A stretch of 63,924 nt of DNA, filler included, from Octopus bimaculoides (lineage: Eukaryota): assembly GCF_001194135.2 (NCBI RefSeq). It is 7 parts of 7 records of this genome, joined end to end, with 100 filler letters (N's around TTAATTAATTAA, not from the genome) between each part and the next. Parts side by side here need not be neighbours in the genome. Positions count along the whole stretch, not along the records: positions 1 to 18,607 come from NC_068996.1; positions 18,708 to 30,577 come from NC_068995.1; 5 more parts are not named here. One strand, given 5' to 3'. Position 1 is the first letter of the stretch, and every line of letters starts with the position of its first letter. Positions 11,060 through 22,211 of this stretch are shown one piece after another. Made by a program: the position numbers and the translations under genes. The notes under the pieces were generated by a model, which was not told the DNA's origin, made no database searches, and saw only the letters and a list, made by a program, of their open reading frames with translations.

Positions 11060-12575
11060 AAAAGAACATTTCGCTGAAATATATTTTTTCCTGCAATTTC
11101 AACACCATCTCTAACCATCTCTCATAACCGCCACGCAACCAGTTTTAACATTGCCATTTATACACAAACACATACACAAATGCTCTATCTTCTTAGTGAC
11201 GTGGTCCATAGAGGAATGTGTTAAGAATATAAAAAGATTCACAACATACATTACGAGAGGGAGAAGATACGCCACTGTGGAGGTGCGCTTCACAACGGAG
11301 GATGAAGCAATAAAGCACTCCACAGAGGCAATAAGGACAGAGGAATGGGTGCTCTTGCCTTCGTACTGCGGCAAACGTGTGGCCAAGGTGCGACTGGGTA
11401 AGGTACCACCCGAATTGAAAGAAGAATGGCTGATGACAGCCATAACGTATAATATGAAAGACGGGAAGATTCTGAAGGCTACAAGGACCCAAAAGGTGAG
11501 CTACTATGGTATCGAATTAACGAATCAGGCAACAACGGAGGACTTGAATAGTGTGGTGGATGAGATTGTGCTGCCGGAAGATGTGAAGCTGAGAGTTACT
11601 GTGGAGGGTAGGCCACCAGTGTGCTTCACATGTGGAGAAAGGGGCCACATGAAGGCATGGTGCACCCAAATAAAGCCACAAACAGAACAGGAGGAGAGAC
11701 ATGAGAGTGTGGACCATGTAGTACAGGACAAGGCAGCAGAAAAAGAAACGGAGAAAGGATTCACTATAGTTAAAAAGAAAAGAAGGAGCGGAGGAATGAG
11801 TTCTCTGCTAGAGAAGCAGAAAAAGAAGAGAGAAGAGGTGAGAACAGAAACTGTGAAAGAGGGCAGTAGGAAGGAAGAAAGAAGGCAAAGTAAAAAGAAA
11901 GTGGAGTTACCAGTAATGATATCGGTTGTTCCAGTGGAGAAATATTCGGAAATACAAGTGCAGGAAGGAGAGTTGGAGAGATTATTTAGGATAGAAGAAG
12001 GAAAAACAGAACAAAAAGTACAAGATAAAGGAAAGAATATACGAGGAGGAGATGGAGTGTGGTATTATGTGATATACCCAAAGAATGTTGAAACAGAAAA
12101 AAAGATAATTAAGTCTAATTCAATAGTAAGAGTGAAGGTGCCTTCATATGTCTACGCAGAGGATATGAAGGCAAAACTGATTGAAGAAGAAGAGAACTAC
12201 AGAAAGTTGAAAGAGATGTATGGAGATAGCGTTGACCTACCAGGAGTGGAGGTAGAATTCAAGGAGTTGCCACCAGTAGTGAATCTGAGAGATATTGAAC
12301 CACTGATGAAGTTCTACTAAAAGAGAAAAAAAAAGTATGTTAAATGATGTTATTATGATTATAGAGTAAGAAAAAGAACAGTTGTAGATAGTACATATAA
12401 TGGTTCAAATGGTACCGGATGGGAGTGGGGCCCGTGTGGCCATTTTCATCTTTTCATTATTACATAATTTCATCCCATTTACGTTCGTTTTATGTCTTTT
12501 GTCCCCTCTGTGGTCTTCTCTGTCCTTGATCGGGTCCGCATTTGTGTTTAGGGTTTTATGCCTAATAAAGAAATC
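11060..12575 (+). mobile_element. Putative ORF1-only (HAL1-like) non-autonomous retroelement
   Basis: ORF1 is followed by ~250 bp of 3' UTR ending in aataaagaaat. No endonuclease or RT motif follows. Confidence 0.55.
11115..12320 (+). CDS. LINE ORF1-type nucleic-acid-binding protein (RRM-like region, CCHC zinc knuckle, Lys/Glu-rich C-terminus)
   Basis: Frame open from 11115 (after the TAA at 11112-11114) to the stop at 12320 with no interruption. Contains RVTVEGRPPVCFTCGERGHMKAWC (CX2CX4HX4C) and the FTIVKKKRR motif typical of L1/Tx1-clade ORF1. No early ATG: the track start is TTG and the first Met is internal. Confidence 0.8.
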   Translation, partial: PSLITATQPVLTLPFIHKHIHKCSIFLVTWSIEECVKNIKRFTTYITRGRRYATVEVRFTTEDEAIKHSTEAIRTEEWVLLPSYCGKRVAKVRLGKVPPELKEEWLMTAITYNMKDGKILKATRTQKVSYYGIELTNQATTEDLNSVVDEIVLPEDVKLRVTVEGRPPVCFTCGERGHMKAWCTQIKPQTEQEERHESVDHVVQDKAAEKETEKGFTIVKKKRRSGGMSSLLEKQKKKREEVRTETVKEGSRKEERRQSKKKVELPVMISVVPVEKYSEIQVQEGELERLFRIEEGKTEQKVQDKGKNIRGGDGVWYYVIYPKNVETEKKIIKSNSIVRVKVPSYVYAEDMKAKLIEEEENYRKLKEMYGDSVDLPGVEVEFKELPPVVNLRDIEPLMKFY

Positions 12576-12770
12576 GGTATTTCGTCTGCTGTTACGTTCT
12601 GAGTTCAAATTCCGCCGAGATCGACTTTGCTTTCATCTTTGCTTTTCATCTCTCAATTAAATAAGTACCAGTTACGCACTAGGGTCGATGTGATCAACTT
12701 AATCCCTTTGTCTGTCCTTGTGTGTCCCCTCTATGTTTAGCCCCCATGTAAGCAATAAAGAAATAAATAT
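12576..12770 (+). mobile_element. 5'-truncated SINE family A (tail type 2)
   Basis: cggtatttcgtctgctgttacgttctgagttcaaattccgccgag...ccctttgtctgtccttgtgtgtcccctctatgtttagccccc...caataaagaaataaa. Confidence 0.88.
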
Positions 12771-12879
12771 ATTTAAGCACGAATGTATGCATGTGCACAA
12801 GTATATATCTATGCATTTATATATGTACGTATATATGTGTGGGTGTGTGTACGAATGAAGAAACGGATGTAAAAGAATT

Positions 12880-13330
12880 TTACACCAGTGCATATGACGT
12901 ATAAATTAATATTTTAGCTGAAAGTTAAATTATTTACGAAAGATTTATCGTTTCTTCTCGTGAATTGTTCAAGTAATGAGTAAAGAGGAGAAAAAATTCT
13001 CAACTTTTAATATATTGGGCGAAATGTGTTGATAGGTTAAAAGAAAGAGTAATAATGTTTGTTAAGTTTATGGTGAAGAAAACCGTTAATATTTATGGAA
13101 GGAAACCCATACTTGAAGTTTTTATATCTCATGTACATATAGAAAATTAAAATATTAATAATGATTTGAATACAACGTAAGAAAGGGTGATAAATCTCAT
13201 GTTATTAACAAAGTTGGTGAAAGGTTTGGTTTGAAAAAAGGAAGAGTATGGATGATATTCTGAGTTTCTGATTATTGATAGATGTAAGTTACGACTTCTG
13301 AGTAGTGCACTTCATAATGCAGAGGCAAGA
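12880..13330 (-). mobile_element. Decayed DNA-transposon remnant (possibly MULE), shares an end with 15051-15720
   Basis: ~75 bp near-identical to 15051-15127. The minus strand has an INGF.HHKLN...PNI-like stretch, reminiscent of the MULE TNN.CE.FH..LN...HPNI motif (weak). Confidence 0.35.
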
Positions 13331-13342
13331 TAATCCTTCCTA

Positions 13343-14071
13343 TACTCTTACTCTTTACTCTTTTGCTTGTTTCAGTCATTTGACTGCGGCCATGCTGGAG
13401 CACCGCCTTTAGTAGAGCAAATCGACCCCAGGACTTATTCTTTGGAAGCCTAGTACTTATTCTAGCGGTCTCTTTTGCCGAACCGCTAAGTTACGGGGAC
13501 CTAAACACACCAGCATCGGTTATCAAGTGATGTTGGGAGAGGACAAATACAGACACACACACACACACACGCAAACACACATATATATATGTGAGTAAAA
13601 ATAAATACAAAAAAAAAGGGTTTTGTATGATCGTGTATAGAGGAATATATTATTTTATTTAAAAGAGTTCCAACTCTGTCTGTTTTTTGTTTTTTATTTA
13701 TATTCTTGTAAAATTTATGTGGAATATAGAATATGGAATATATAATATATAATATAAAAAAAGATGGATGGTACAATGAAATGAAGTATTGAATGTCTTA
13801 TTGAATATATGGAATATGTCTTATTGAATATATGAAATATTGAGTGTTCAATATAAAGGATTAAATATATAAATATATAATTATATAAATATATAATTAT
13901 ATAAATATATAAAGGCGAATACGTATTTTCTATACCTTGTGGTATTTCATCATGGCCGGTACATATATACGACGGGCTTCTTTCAGTTTCCGTCTACCAA
14001 ATCCACTCACAAGGCTTTGGTCGGCCCGAGGCTATAGCAGAAGACACTTGCCCAAGGTGCCATGCAGTGGG
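13343..14071 (-). mobile_element. SINE family B interrupted by an ~370-bp AT-rich insert in its internal microsatellite
   Basis: Tail and body at 13343-13560, head at ~13960-14071, unrelated sequence between. Confidence 0.85.
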
Positions 14072-14124
14072 ACTGAACACGAAACCATCTGGTTCGTAAG
14101 CAAGCTACTTACCACACAGCCACT

Positions 14125-14577
14125 CCTACGCCTATTAATATTATAGGAATAAAGCCCGAAATTTGATGGGAGGGGATAGTCATCTATATCGACTGCAGTG
14201 TTTGACTGGTACCCAGGGCCATCTTAGCAGCATTATAGGCTCTCGGGTAAAACAAAACACTTTTTTCTATAATATTTATTTATTGACAGCAAGCCACAAC
14301 AGAAATAGATCAGAACCTGGCGCCTATAGCAGTTATTTATTCACTGCAAGGTACTGCATACGTAGATTCGAATTGGGTTCCAAAATCCATGAAACCCCTG
14401 GGCAACTGTCCAGTGTGCCCATGCCTTAAGACTGTGCTGCTACTACTTATATTATTGACACCGAAATGATAAAAAGTGAAGTCGACCTCGGTGGAATTTG
14501 AACTCAGAACGTAAAGCCAGAAGAAATGCTGCTGAGCATTTTTTCCGGTGAGATAACGACTCTGCCACCTCATCGCC
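14125..14577 (-). mobile_element. SINE family A interrupted by a hAT MITE
   Basis: Tail at 14125-14213, body and head at 14440-14577. The consensus is continuous across the insert. Confidence 0.75.
14214..14439. mobile_element. hAT-type MITE (CAGGGCC.. ends)
   Basis: cagggccatcttag / ttaagactgtgctg ends. Degenerate 8-bp TSD ctggtacc / ctactact at the SINE break point. Confidence 0.6.
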
Positions 14578-14605
14578 TTTGTAGAGGCAATATAATAAAA
14601 AAAAA

Positions 14606-14840
14606 ATGGTGGCGAACTGATTGAATCGTTAGCACACCAGGCAAAATACTTAGCGATATTTCGTCTGTCTTTACGTTCTGAGTTCAAATTCCGCCGAGGT
14701 CAACTTTGCCATTCGTCCTTTCGGGGTCGATTAAATAAGTACCAGTTATGCACTGAAGTCGATATAATCGACTTAATTCCTTTGTCTGTTCTTGTTTAAC
14801 CCCTCTGTATTTAGCCCCTTGTGGGCAATAAAGGAATAAA
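14606..14840 (+). mobile_element. SINE family A (tail type 2), full length
   Basis: Head ggtggcgaactgattgaatcgttagcac through tail tttagccccttgtgggcaataaaggaataaa. Confidence 0.9.
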
Positions 14841-15050
14841 TATAATTAAAAAAAGACAATGAATATTTTATAAAAATGTCCAGTGAAACAAACGTTTAAA
14901 TGAACAGAATTAACAAAAGGAAATAGGATGAACTTCGATTGAGTGTCGAAGCTTATTACATTGTCATATGTACTGAAATAAAATTTTTAAAAGTGCGGAG
15001 AAGCGAGATTTGGCTGTTATTACAAGTTTAGAATGTATAAAAATAAATAG

Positions 15051-15720
15051 ATTTACACCAGTGCATATGACGTATGAATTAATATTTTAGCTAAAAGTTA
15101 AATTATTTACGAAAGATTTATCGTTTATCTGTTACGGTTTATAGTCGGTTTGAAAAGTTTAAGACATTTGAAATTTCTGTGTCGGTTAATGCTTTTACAA
15201 TACATGTAATGGTATTATGGTCGGAGAGAAACAAGTTAAGTTTAGATGGTTGGTGTTAACTAAATTTGACGCAAAATCAATAGTGCAGCATGAAATTTTA
15301 ATGCAATTTTTGTAAAATATTTTGTAATATATATATATCGAGGACGGAAATGTTTATTCAGTAAAGAATAGAATATTTTGGTAAATAGTATAACTACAGA
15401 TAAATTTCACGGCAGATTAAACCAGATTGTATTTTTTCCTCTTTTGGTTTTTATTTTGTTTGAATTTGGAATACATTGCGGAAGACAGCATCGTTGTAGT
15501 TTAAAGATTGAAAGTTTTTTGGGTTTTTTTTTTTTTAGGCTAGCACAGATGGCGACAGTGAAATGTTTTGATTAAATTATTTATAATGTTTGCCTCTGTA
15601 GTGTCGTATTTTCATTCCGTTTTCAGTAAAGATTCATGTCCAAGAAGACATGTTAAATTTTTTTTATTGCAATATTAGTTTCTGTAATAACAAGTAGTTT
15701 TATATCTTTAATAAAAGTGT
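15051..15720 (-). mobile_element. Decayed DNA-transposon remnant related to 12880-13330
   Basis: Shared terminal ~75 bp. Minus-strand ENGMKIRHYRGKHYK...LQRCCLPQC is weakly FLYWCH/MULE-like. Confidence 0.3.
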
Positions 15721-17299
15721 GTAAATTTTTCTGAAACCTTTCGACTTCAGATGTGATGGGTTTCCTAAGACTCAGGGCTATGTTATCAGCAGAAATGACC
15801 TACAACATTAATTTAGATAAGCAGTTTAAGCCTATAATATCGCTCACCTCAGTTGAAAATTTTTCGCTCTATGCTGATATCAAAATCCTGATCTTAATAA
15901 CTTCTAAATTCGTTTTTACTATCTTCTCCACTTCTCTTCTACGTTTACAGTACGCCTCTGCAGCTTTCATACAACATTATTCACATATCCATATCTGACA
16001 TAGAAATCCAAATCGTAATGACTTGTAACTAAATTCGTTCTCACTCTCTTCCCTACATCTTTCATTCAACATTACTTATATATCCAGTGAGAGATATGAT
16101 ATTCGATAATTTCTTGCAATATAGTTTATCCAGAGAGATATGTATTATCTGGTAATTTCTAATCGCAATACAGACGCCACCAATTTGTCAACCGGCGCTA
16201 TTGTTAAATAATTCTGTTTGATTGAAAAGTATGAAGCTTTTAATGCACTGCCAAAACAATTACTAATTATATCACATCAAGCCGTAGAACGATTTCTTGA
16301 AGATGCAATATTCACGTTGTAAGAAACAAAAGTACTGTACGTCACTTTTTTTTTTCTTTCATTAACTATCTCAGCTGTACTTTAAACGCTCCATTTTCAA
16401 CTCAATTACAAATATTCGCTGAGTTGACGGAGGAACAGAAACAAAGAGAGGGAGAGAGAGAAACTGTTGCTATCACTCCATCACGAACGTTAGCAGAGAA
16501 AGAGGAAGAAAAGACAAAAGAAAACAATTTACTTCTTTAATAACCGTAGTAGTTTTGAATATCAAACAAAGATTGTCGCCCTTATTCAGTATGTCATTCA
16601 ACACCTGTGAAGTTTTCAAAGGAGAAACCTGATTAGAAATTTTTATTCCATGATAGTTTGCTTGACAAGGAAGATGCAATGATGAAATAAGTGACGGAAT
16701 AACAATTTAAGAACTATTATGTACTATTATGTTTTATCTTATTTGTTGTTTGTTTTCAAGCTATGAATAAGTATTTTAGTGTTGAAATATCAGTTTCAAT
16801 TGATTAAAGTAGGAAATAAATTGTAAAGAAAAAAAAAACTTGGAATAAATGGTTTCCTTGTTTATTAAATAATTCTTATATTATATTATATTATATTATA
16901 TTGTACTTACAGCGCCTGTACCCAATCTAATCGTTCATCTTACTATTTTATTAAATTCCCTCTTAAATCGTCCAACTAGACAACGTATATATAAAGTACG
17001 TTTTTCTTTTATGCTCTAACTTTTAAGTTATACATTTAGATATCCTATTTAATATCGACCATCATATTCTTCCTCACCATAGTTTAAATAATTATTTTCA
17101 CAATTTCTCTCTGCATATTTAACAACACACATAAGAACAACATTCGCAAAACAAAGCCTCCTCAAAAAAATCATTGGTGCTACTTTAGTGTGTGTGGTCT
17201 ATAATAACATCCGTAGTCTACACTATGAAATGACTTGATCTGGGTTAGGTTAGAGCTTAAGATTAGGTTGAGTGTTAGGGTTAGGGTTTAGTAATAAAC

Positions 17300-18240
17300 C
17301 AAATATAATTAGGAAAATGGAACAAGGCACGATTAGATGTGTTTATCACTAGATTGAAGTGTTTAACACTAGAGTGAAGAATTCAAAACAAAAGCTTTTA
17401 GATTCAACTACATCTTCTGATCATATCAAAACCGTAACTAATAGGAAAGTCTTCATTGACCAAAACGTGGAAAATTAAATAAAATAAAGCATGAGTGGTT
17501 CATAGCTATAGCTATTCAGCAATAGCCATAGCTATGTCTATGATCTTAACCAAAGCTAAAAAAATTTTTGAAGAGAAAATAAATTTGCAGACCTCATTTA
17601 TTTTCTCAGATGGTTGGTCGATCAAATTTAGAATATGCCATGGAATAAGAAGATTGGACAAGGCAGACTTACAAGTAGCTATAACATACAGTGCCATAGG
17701 GTTAATGAAGCAATCCTTTACTATAAATGCTTACCAAGAGATTGGCAAGTTCCAATACAGCAGGTGTTAGTGACTTCAAGCATTGTAAAGAACGGTTAAC
17801 AGTTTTTACAAGCTCGTAGCCAACAAGGATAATATTTTTAGTGACTGATAAATTCTCTTCGTCCTAGATCAAAGAAAAGACGATCGTTTGTATTAATTTA
17901 CTAATGCACTGTCGCTAAAAGAAAAAGCACATATGCCAATCTTATAAGGCCCAAAAGACTGCCTGAGCAGATTAAGAACTTTTATTTTTTTACAGTATTG
18001 GTTTACTAACAGATTTGTGCTTGTAGTTCGATTCAAGCTACATTAAAATGTGTATTTGATTGAAATTCAATAGTGTATATATACCATTTTCTTCATTCCG
18101 AATAGAATCCTGACGGAGTTAGGATAATACGTATGGTTAAAAATACATTCATCACTACAAACCACAGAATTCCACCAAACGAAGGGACATTGAAAAGTTC
18201 TTAAAGTACTTCTTTGAAGAAAAGATGTCTAAAAACAGAT
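17300..18240 (+). mobile_element. pogo/Tigger-like transposase remnant
   Basis: KQKLLDSTTSS...RKV..., EWF, then ILTKAKKIFEEKINLQTSFIFSDGWSIKFRICHGIRRL. This is the CENP-B-type HTH pattern KA....F.AS.GW...FK.RHGIR. Many stops and frameshifts. Confidence 0.7.
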
Positions 18241-18454
18241 TTTAAGGTCCTTTGGTTTTTTTTTTTTAATAACAGCCATTTATAAAATTAAAAATCAATT
18301 TCAAAATAAAGTTTAGAAGTTAAATGTCTGTTTTTTTTTTTTTTTTTTTTTTTTGTCGCTTTCCAAATTTATTTTAATGAAAATCTTTCAAGACAATGGA
18401 AAATTCATCAGAACAATATCTCAAATTATCAAGGCTACCTCATTTAGGGAGGTC

Positions 18455-18525
18455 ATTGAAGTTTAACGAGTCGTCTATAAGGCTAAGCCCTTTATGGATG
18501 TCAAACCATTGGTCACTCTATGACC
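18455..18525 (+). ncRNA. Degenerate hammerhead motif, copy 3
   Basis: gaagtttaacgagtcgtctataaggctaagccctttatggatgtcaaaccattggtcactctatgacc is homologous to copies 1 and 2, but both core boxes are mutated. Confidence 0.6.
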
Positions 18526-19065
18526 CGACATATAATTAACTTCCAGTAAATATATTACTGCACTGAGATTTAGTGTGTACTTTTTTCGGATATATGATTA
18601 ACTGGCTNNNNNNNNNNNNNNNNNNNNNNNNNNNNNNNNNNNNNNNNNNNNTTAATTAATTAANNNNNNNNNNNNNNNNNNNNNNNNNNNNNNNNNNNNN
18701 NNNNNNNATATATATATATATATATACATACACATATATTTCTACACAAATTGATGCACATATTTCATTACTTGCTTCTATAAACGTATGTATTTACCTG
18801 TTGATTGTTCTATACATAAGAAGTATGCACATACCTTCTATATGTGCTAATATACATACATACATACATACATATGTACATACATACACACATACGCACA
18901 TATATATATATACACACACACACAAATATACCTACATATATACAAGCATGTATATATATGGATAAAAAACGGGACATATATATAAAGGAATACAAAAAAT
19001 GGGACAAGTACGCAAAACATCCTGACAGATGATACAAAAAAGGGACAGGAAAATGCAAGGACGGG

Positions 19066-19140
<75 letters not shown>

Positions 19141-19586
19141 TACATGTATGTATGTATGTATGTATGTATGTATGCATGCCTACACACATACATAGACGCG
19201 CATACATCGAGTAAACATATACACATATACATATACACATAAGTGATTAACAGATTAACTTGCCTTTAACCATGGTGAAATTGTTAAGTACCAAGGTTTC
19301 CGCGTTCACGTCATATAAAAAAGGGGCGTCATACACTCATAGATGCGCCTCTCACCCACATACACAATATGGTTCATTGTTTCATCATTGATTGTCATTT
19401 CTTGTATGGCTTCTACTATTTTCTCTGTCTCCTGTCGCCATCTTGTCACTTTTAATTTCGTCTTTATTCTTTTTTCTAAAGTGTTTAAACTTTCTTATCC
19501 TCACTCGCTTCTAGTTCCTGTTTTATTTTTAACTCCTTTTTTTCCTTAACTGTCTCACAAGCGCCGTACCATTTACGTTTCTGTAA

Positions 19587-19636
<50 letters not shown>

Positions 19637-19879
19637 GCATACATATATATATATATGAATGTGTATCTATATACTTATATAAACATACATAAACATGCAA
19701 TATATATATAGTATACTATATTTCATACATATATAAATTATACACACACTCACACTCGCTCCCCCCACACACATGCACACACACATACACACACACGCTT
19801 GTATATACTTACATATATATATATCGAATATTTATGTATCTTTATATATATATATATATTATACGTATTTGAATTTGTG

Positions 19880-20015
19880 TTGCAAGGTTCCTCATGTTAA
19901 ATCGTGTGTTGAAACATTTTGTTATATTTCGGAATGGCCATTTTTTTTTCTTTTTAGTTTTACCAAATAAACACACCCGCTATAGTGCTTGTGTTTATTT
20001 GGCAAAAAAAGACAA
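19880..20015. repeat. Hairpin-forming dispersed repeat (related to 37330-37466)
   Basis: caaggttcctcatgttaaatcgtgtgttgaaaca is shared with 37331-37366. Perfect 13-bp inverted repeat ccaaataaacaca / tgtgtttatttgg. Confidence 0.65.
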
Positions 20016-20064
20016 AAAAAAAACATAACGTATACATATACATATGTGTGTGTGTATGTGTGTG

Positions 20065-20110
<46 letters not shown>

Positions 20111-21185
20111 TATGTATGTACATATATAATGTATTTATACATAAGATATGATATATAGAAATATTTGTATATATTGGTTTATATAGGTTTATACGTATGT
20201 TCGGATATTTTGATGATTGCTTGCTTTTCTACATATTACGCACACATGTATATTATCTTATATATTTATATATCTGTGCGTTTGTGTTAGTGGGTTATGC
20301 GGCCCTTCTATTCAATCTGTCTATTTTCCCACTCTCTCTGTAAAACTAGATTCAGATAAAATTCTCATGTGTCGTTGGCCTCCCTTTGTCAACGACATAT
20401 ATATTTTTTGCTCGGAGCCTGCGAATATTACCTATGTGCGTATTTGCATTTGTCTTTGAGAGTACATAACGAGTCCGGGAGAGGTGTTTGTATGTGTGGA
20501 ATATGCTTGCGCCAGTGTTTCAGTGGATGAATATATTTGCATATTTTTCTGTATGTCTTTGTTTACACTAGTCATTTTGCATCTCTGATTGCTTTCTCTG
20601 CTATGGTGAACGACCTTCCATTTTTCTGTATATATATGACTAATGGTGAGGATGCGTATCTATCTATAGAATTAGATAGAGTGCGTAGATACGTTTACAT
20701 GTCTGCTTATGGGTAAGTATGGGTTAACGTTGGATTTTATTAGGTGGCCATTTTATTAGTTAATTGCACAATAAATTCTTATTAAGTTATCTATATAGAA
20801 ACCAAACACAGGTAACTGACAGCTACTATTTAGACGCATAAACCTGCTAGAAATATTAACTACATTCCTTTTAATCACTGTATGTTAAACATTTTGGTGG
20901 TTAGTATAGAGTTTGACGCTTGGTAATTGAATAGAAAAAATCCTAGACAGTGTTCGTTTCGGAGAAGTTTATGTCGGAGCTAACAAAAGCAAAGACAACA
21001 AACACGAGACAGAGAGAGATACAGAGTGACAGACATAGATAGATAGTAAGATAGACAGATATATATATATATATATATANNNNNNNNNNNNNNNNNNNNN
21101 NNNNNNNNNNNNNNNNNNNNNNNNNNNNNNNNNNNNNNNNNNNNNNNNNNNNNNNNNNNNNNNNNNNNNNNNNNNNNNNNNNNNN

Positions 21186-21231
<46 letters not shown>

Positions 21232-21315
21232 AGAGAGAAAGAGAGAGATAGATAGATAGACAAATAGATAGATAGATAAATAGATAGATAGATAAATAGA
21301 TAGATAGATAAATAA

Positions 21316-21358
<43 letters not shown>

Positions 21359-21848
21359 CATAATTAGATAGATAGATAGATAGATAGATAGATGAAATCT
21401 AAAATCAAATATGGGAAGAACTGCAGAGTTTTTTCAAGAGAATCGTTTACATATTTTCTGCTTTCATCTATCTTCTACTTAAATGCATTACACACAGAAA
21501 TACACATACAGACAGACGCGCATGCGCGCACAGACACTTACATGACGAGAATGGGAATTCAAAGAATCAAAGAGAGTTCACAGTAAGCTCTCCGCCGGAT
21601 GTCCGGCTATTAAAGAATACCGTGTTTGAGATAAGTGTGTGTGTGATTAACGGCACCGTCATTCCGATAATCCAAGAATCATATATAATAATTAACCAAT
21701 GTAAGATAAAGAAAAGAGAAAAGAGAAGAAATATTTATTTCCTTTGTTGACAGGTGTTTCATAATCTGTATCTAGCTGCATGAGCGGTGCTAAAAGGACC
21801 AGCGCTCAGAGAAATGATATACGTATTGAATCACATATATAAATATAT

Positions 21849-22146
21849 GTGGAGCCGCAATGGCCCAGTGGTTAAGGCAGCAGACTCGAGGTCGTAGGAT
21901 CGCGGTTTCGATTCCCAGAACAGGCGTTCTGAGTGTTTATTAAGCTAAAATACCTAAATCTCCACGAGGCTCCGGCAGGGGATGATGGTGAACCCTACTG
22001 CACAGTTTCACCACAACTTTCACTCTTTCTTCCTGTTTGTGTTGTACCTGTACTGGAAAGGGCCAACCGTGTCACGCTGAATTTCCCCGAGAACTACGTT
22101 AAGGCTACATGTATCTGTGGAGTACTGAGCCACTTGCACGTTAATT
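21849..22146 (+). mobile_element. SINE family E (tRNA-Arg-like head, tail type 4), 3'-truncated
   Basis: gcaatggcccagtggttaaggcagcagactcg...ggtttcgattccc. Matches 49746-50105. Confidence 0.88.
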
Positions 22147-22158
22147 TCTATCTATCTA

Positions 22159-22211
<53 letters not shown>

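Noticed and set aside
18652-18663. TTAATTAATTAA islands between N runs (also near 30622, 42224, 51616, 61146, 62849)
   Set aside because: An identical 12-mer with stops in all six frames, always between Ns. It is an artificial scaffolding spacer, not genomic sequence.
21849-21925. tRNA-like heads (also 5702, 49746, 43700-43778)
   Set aside because: A and B boxes are present, but each continues into a SINE body and lacks a proper acceptor stem. They are SINE heads, not tRNA genes.
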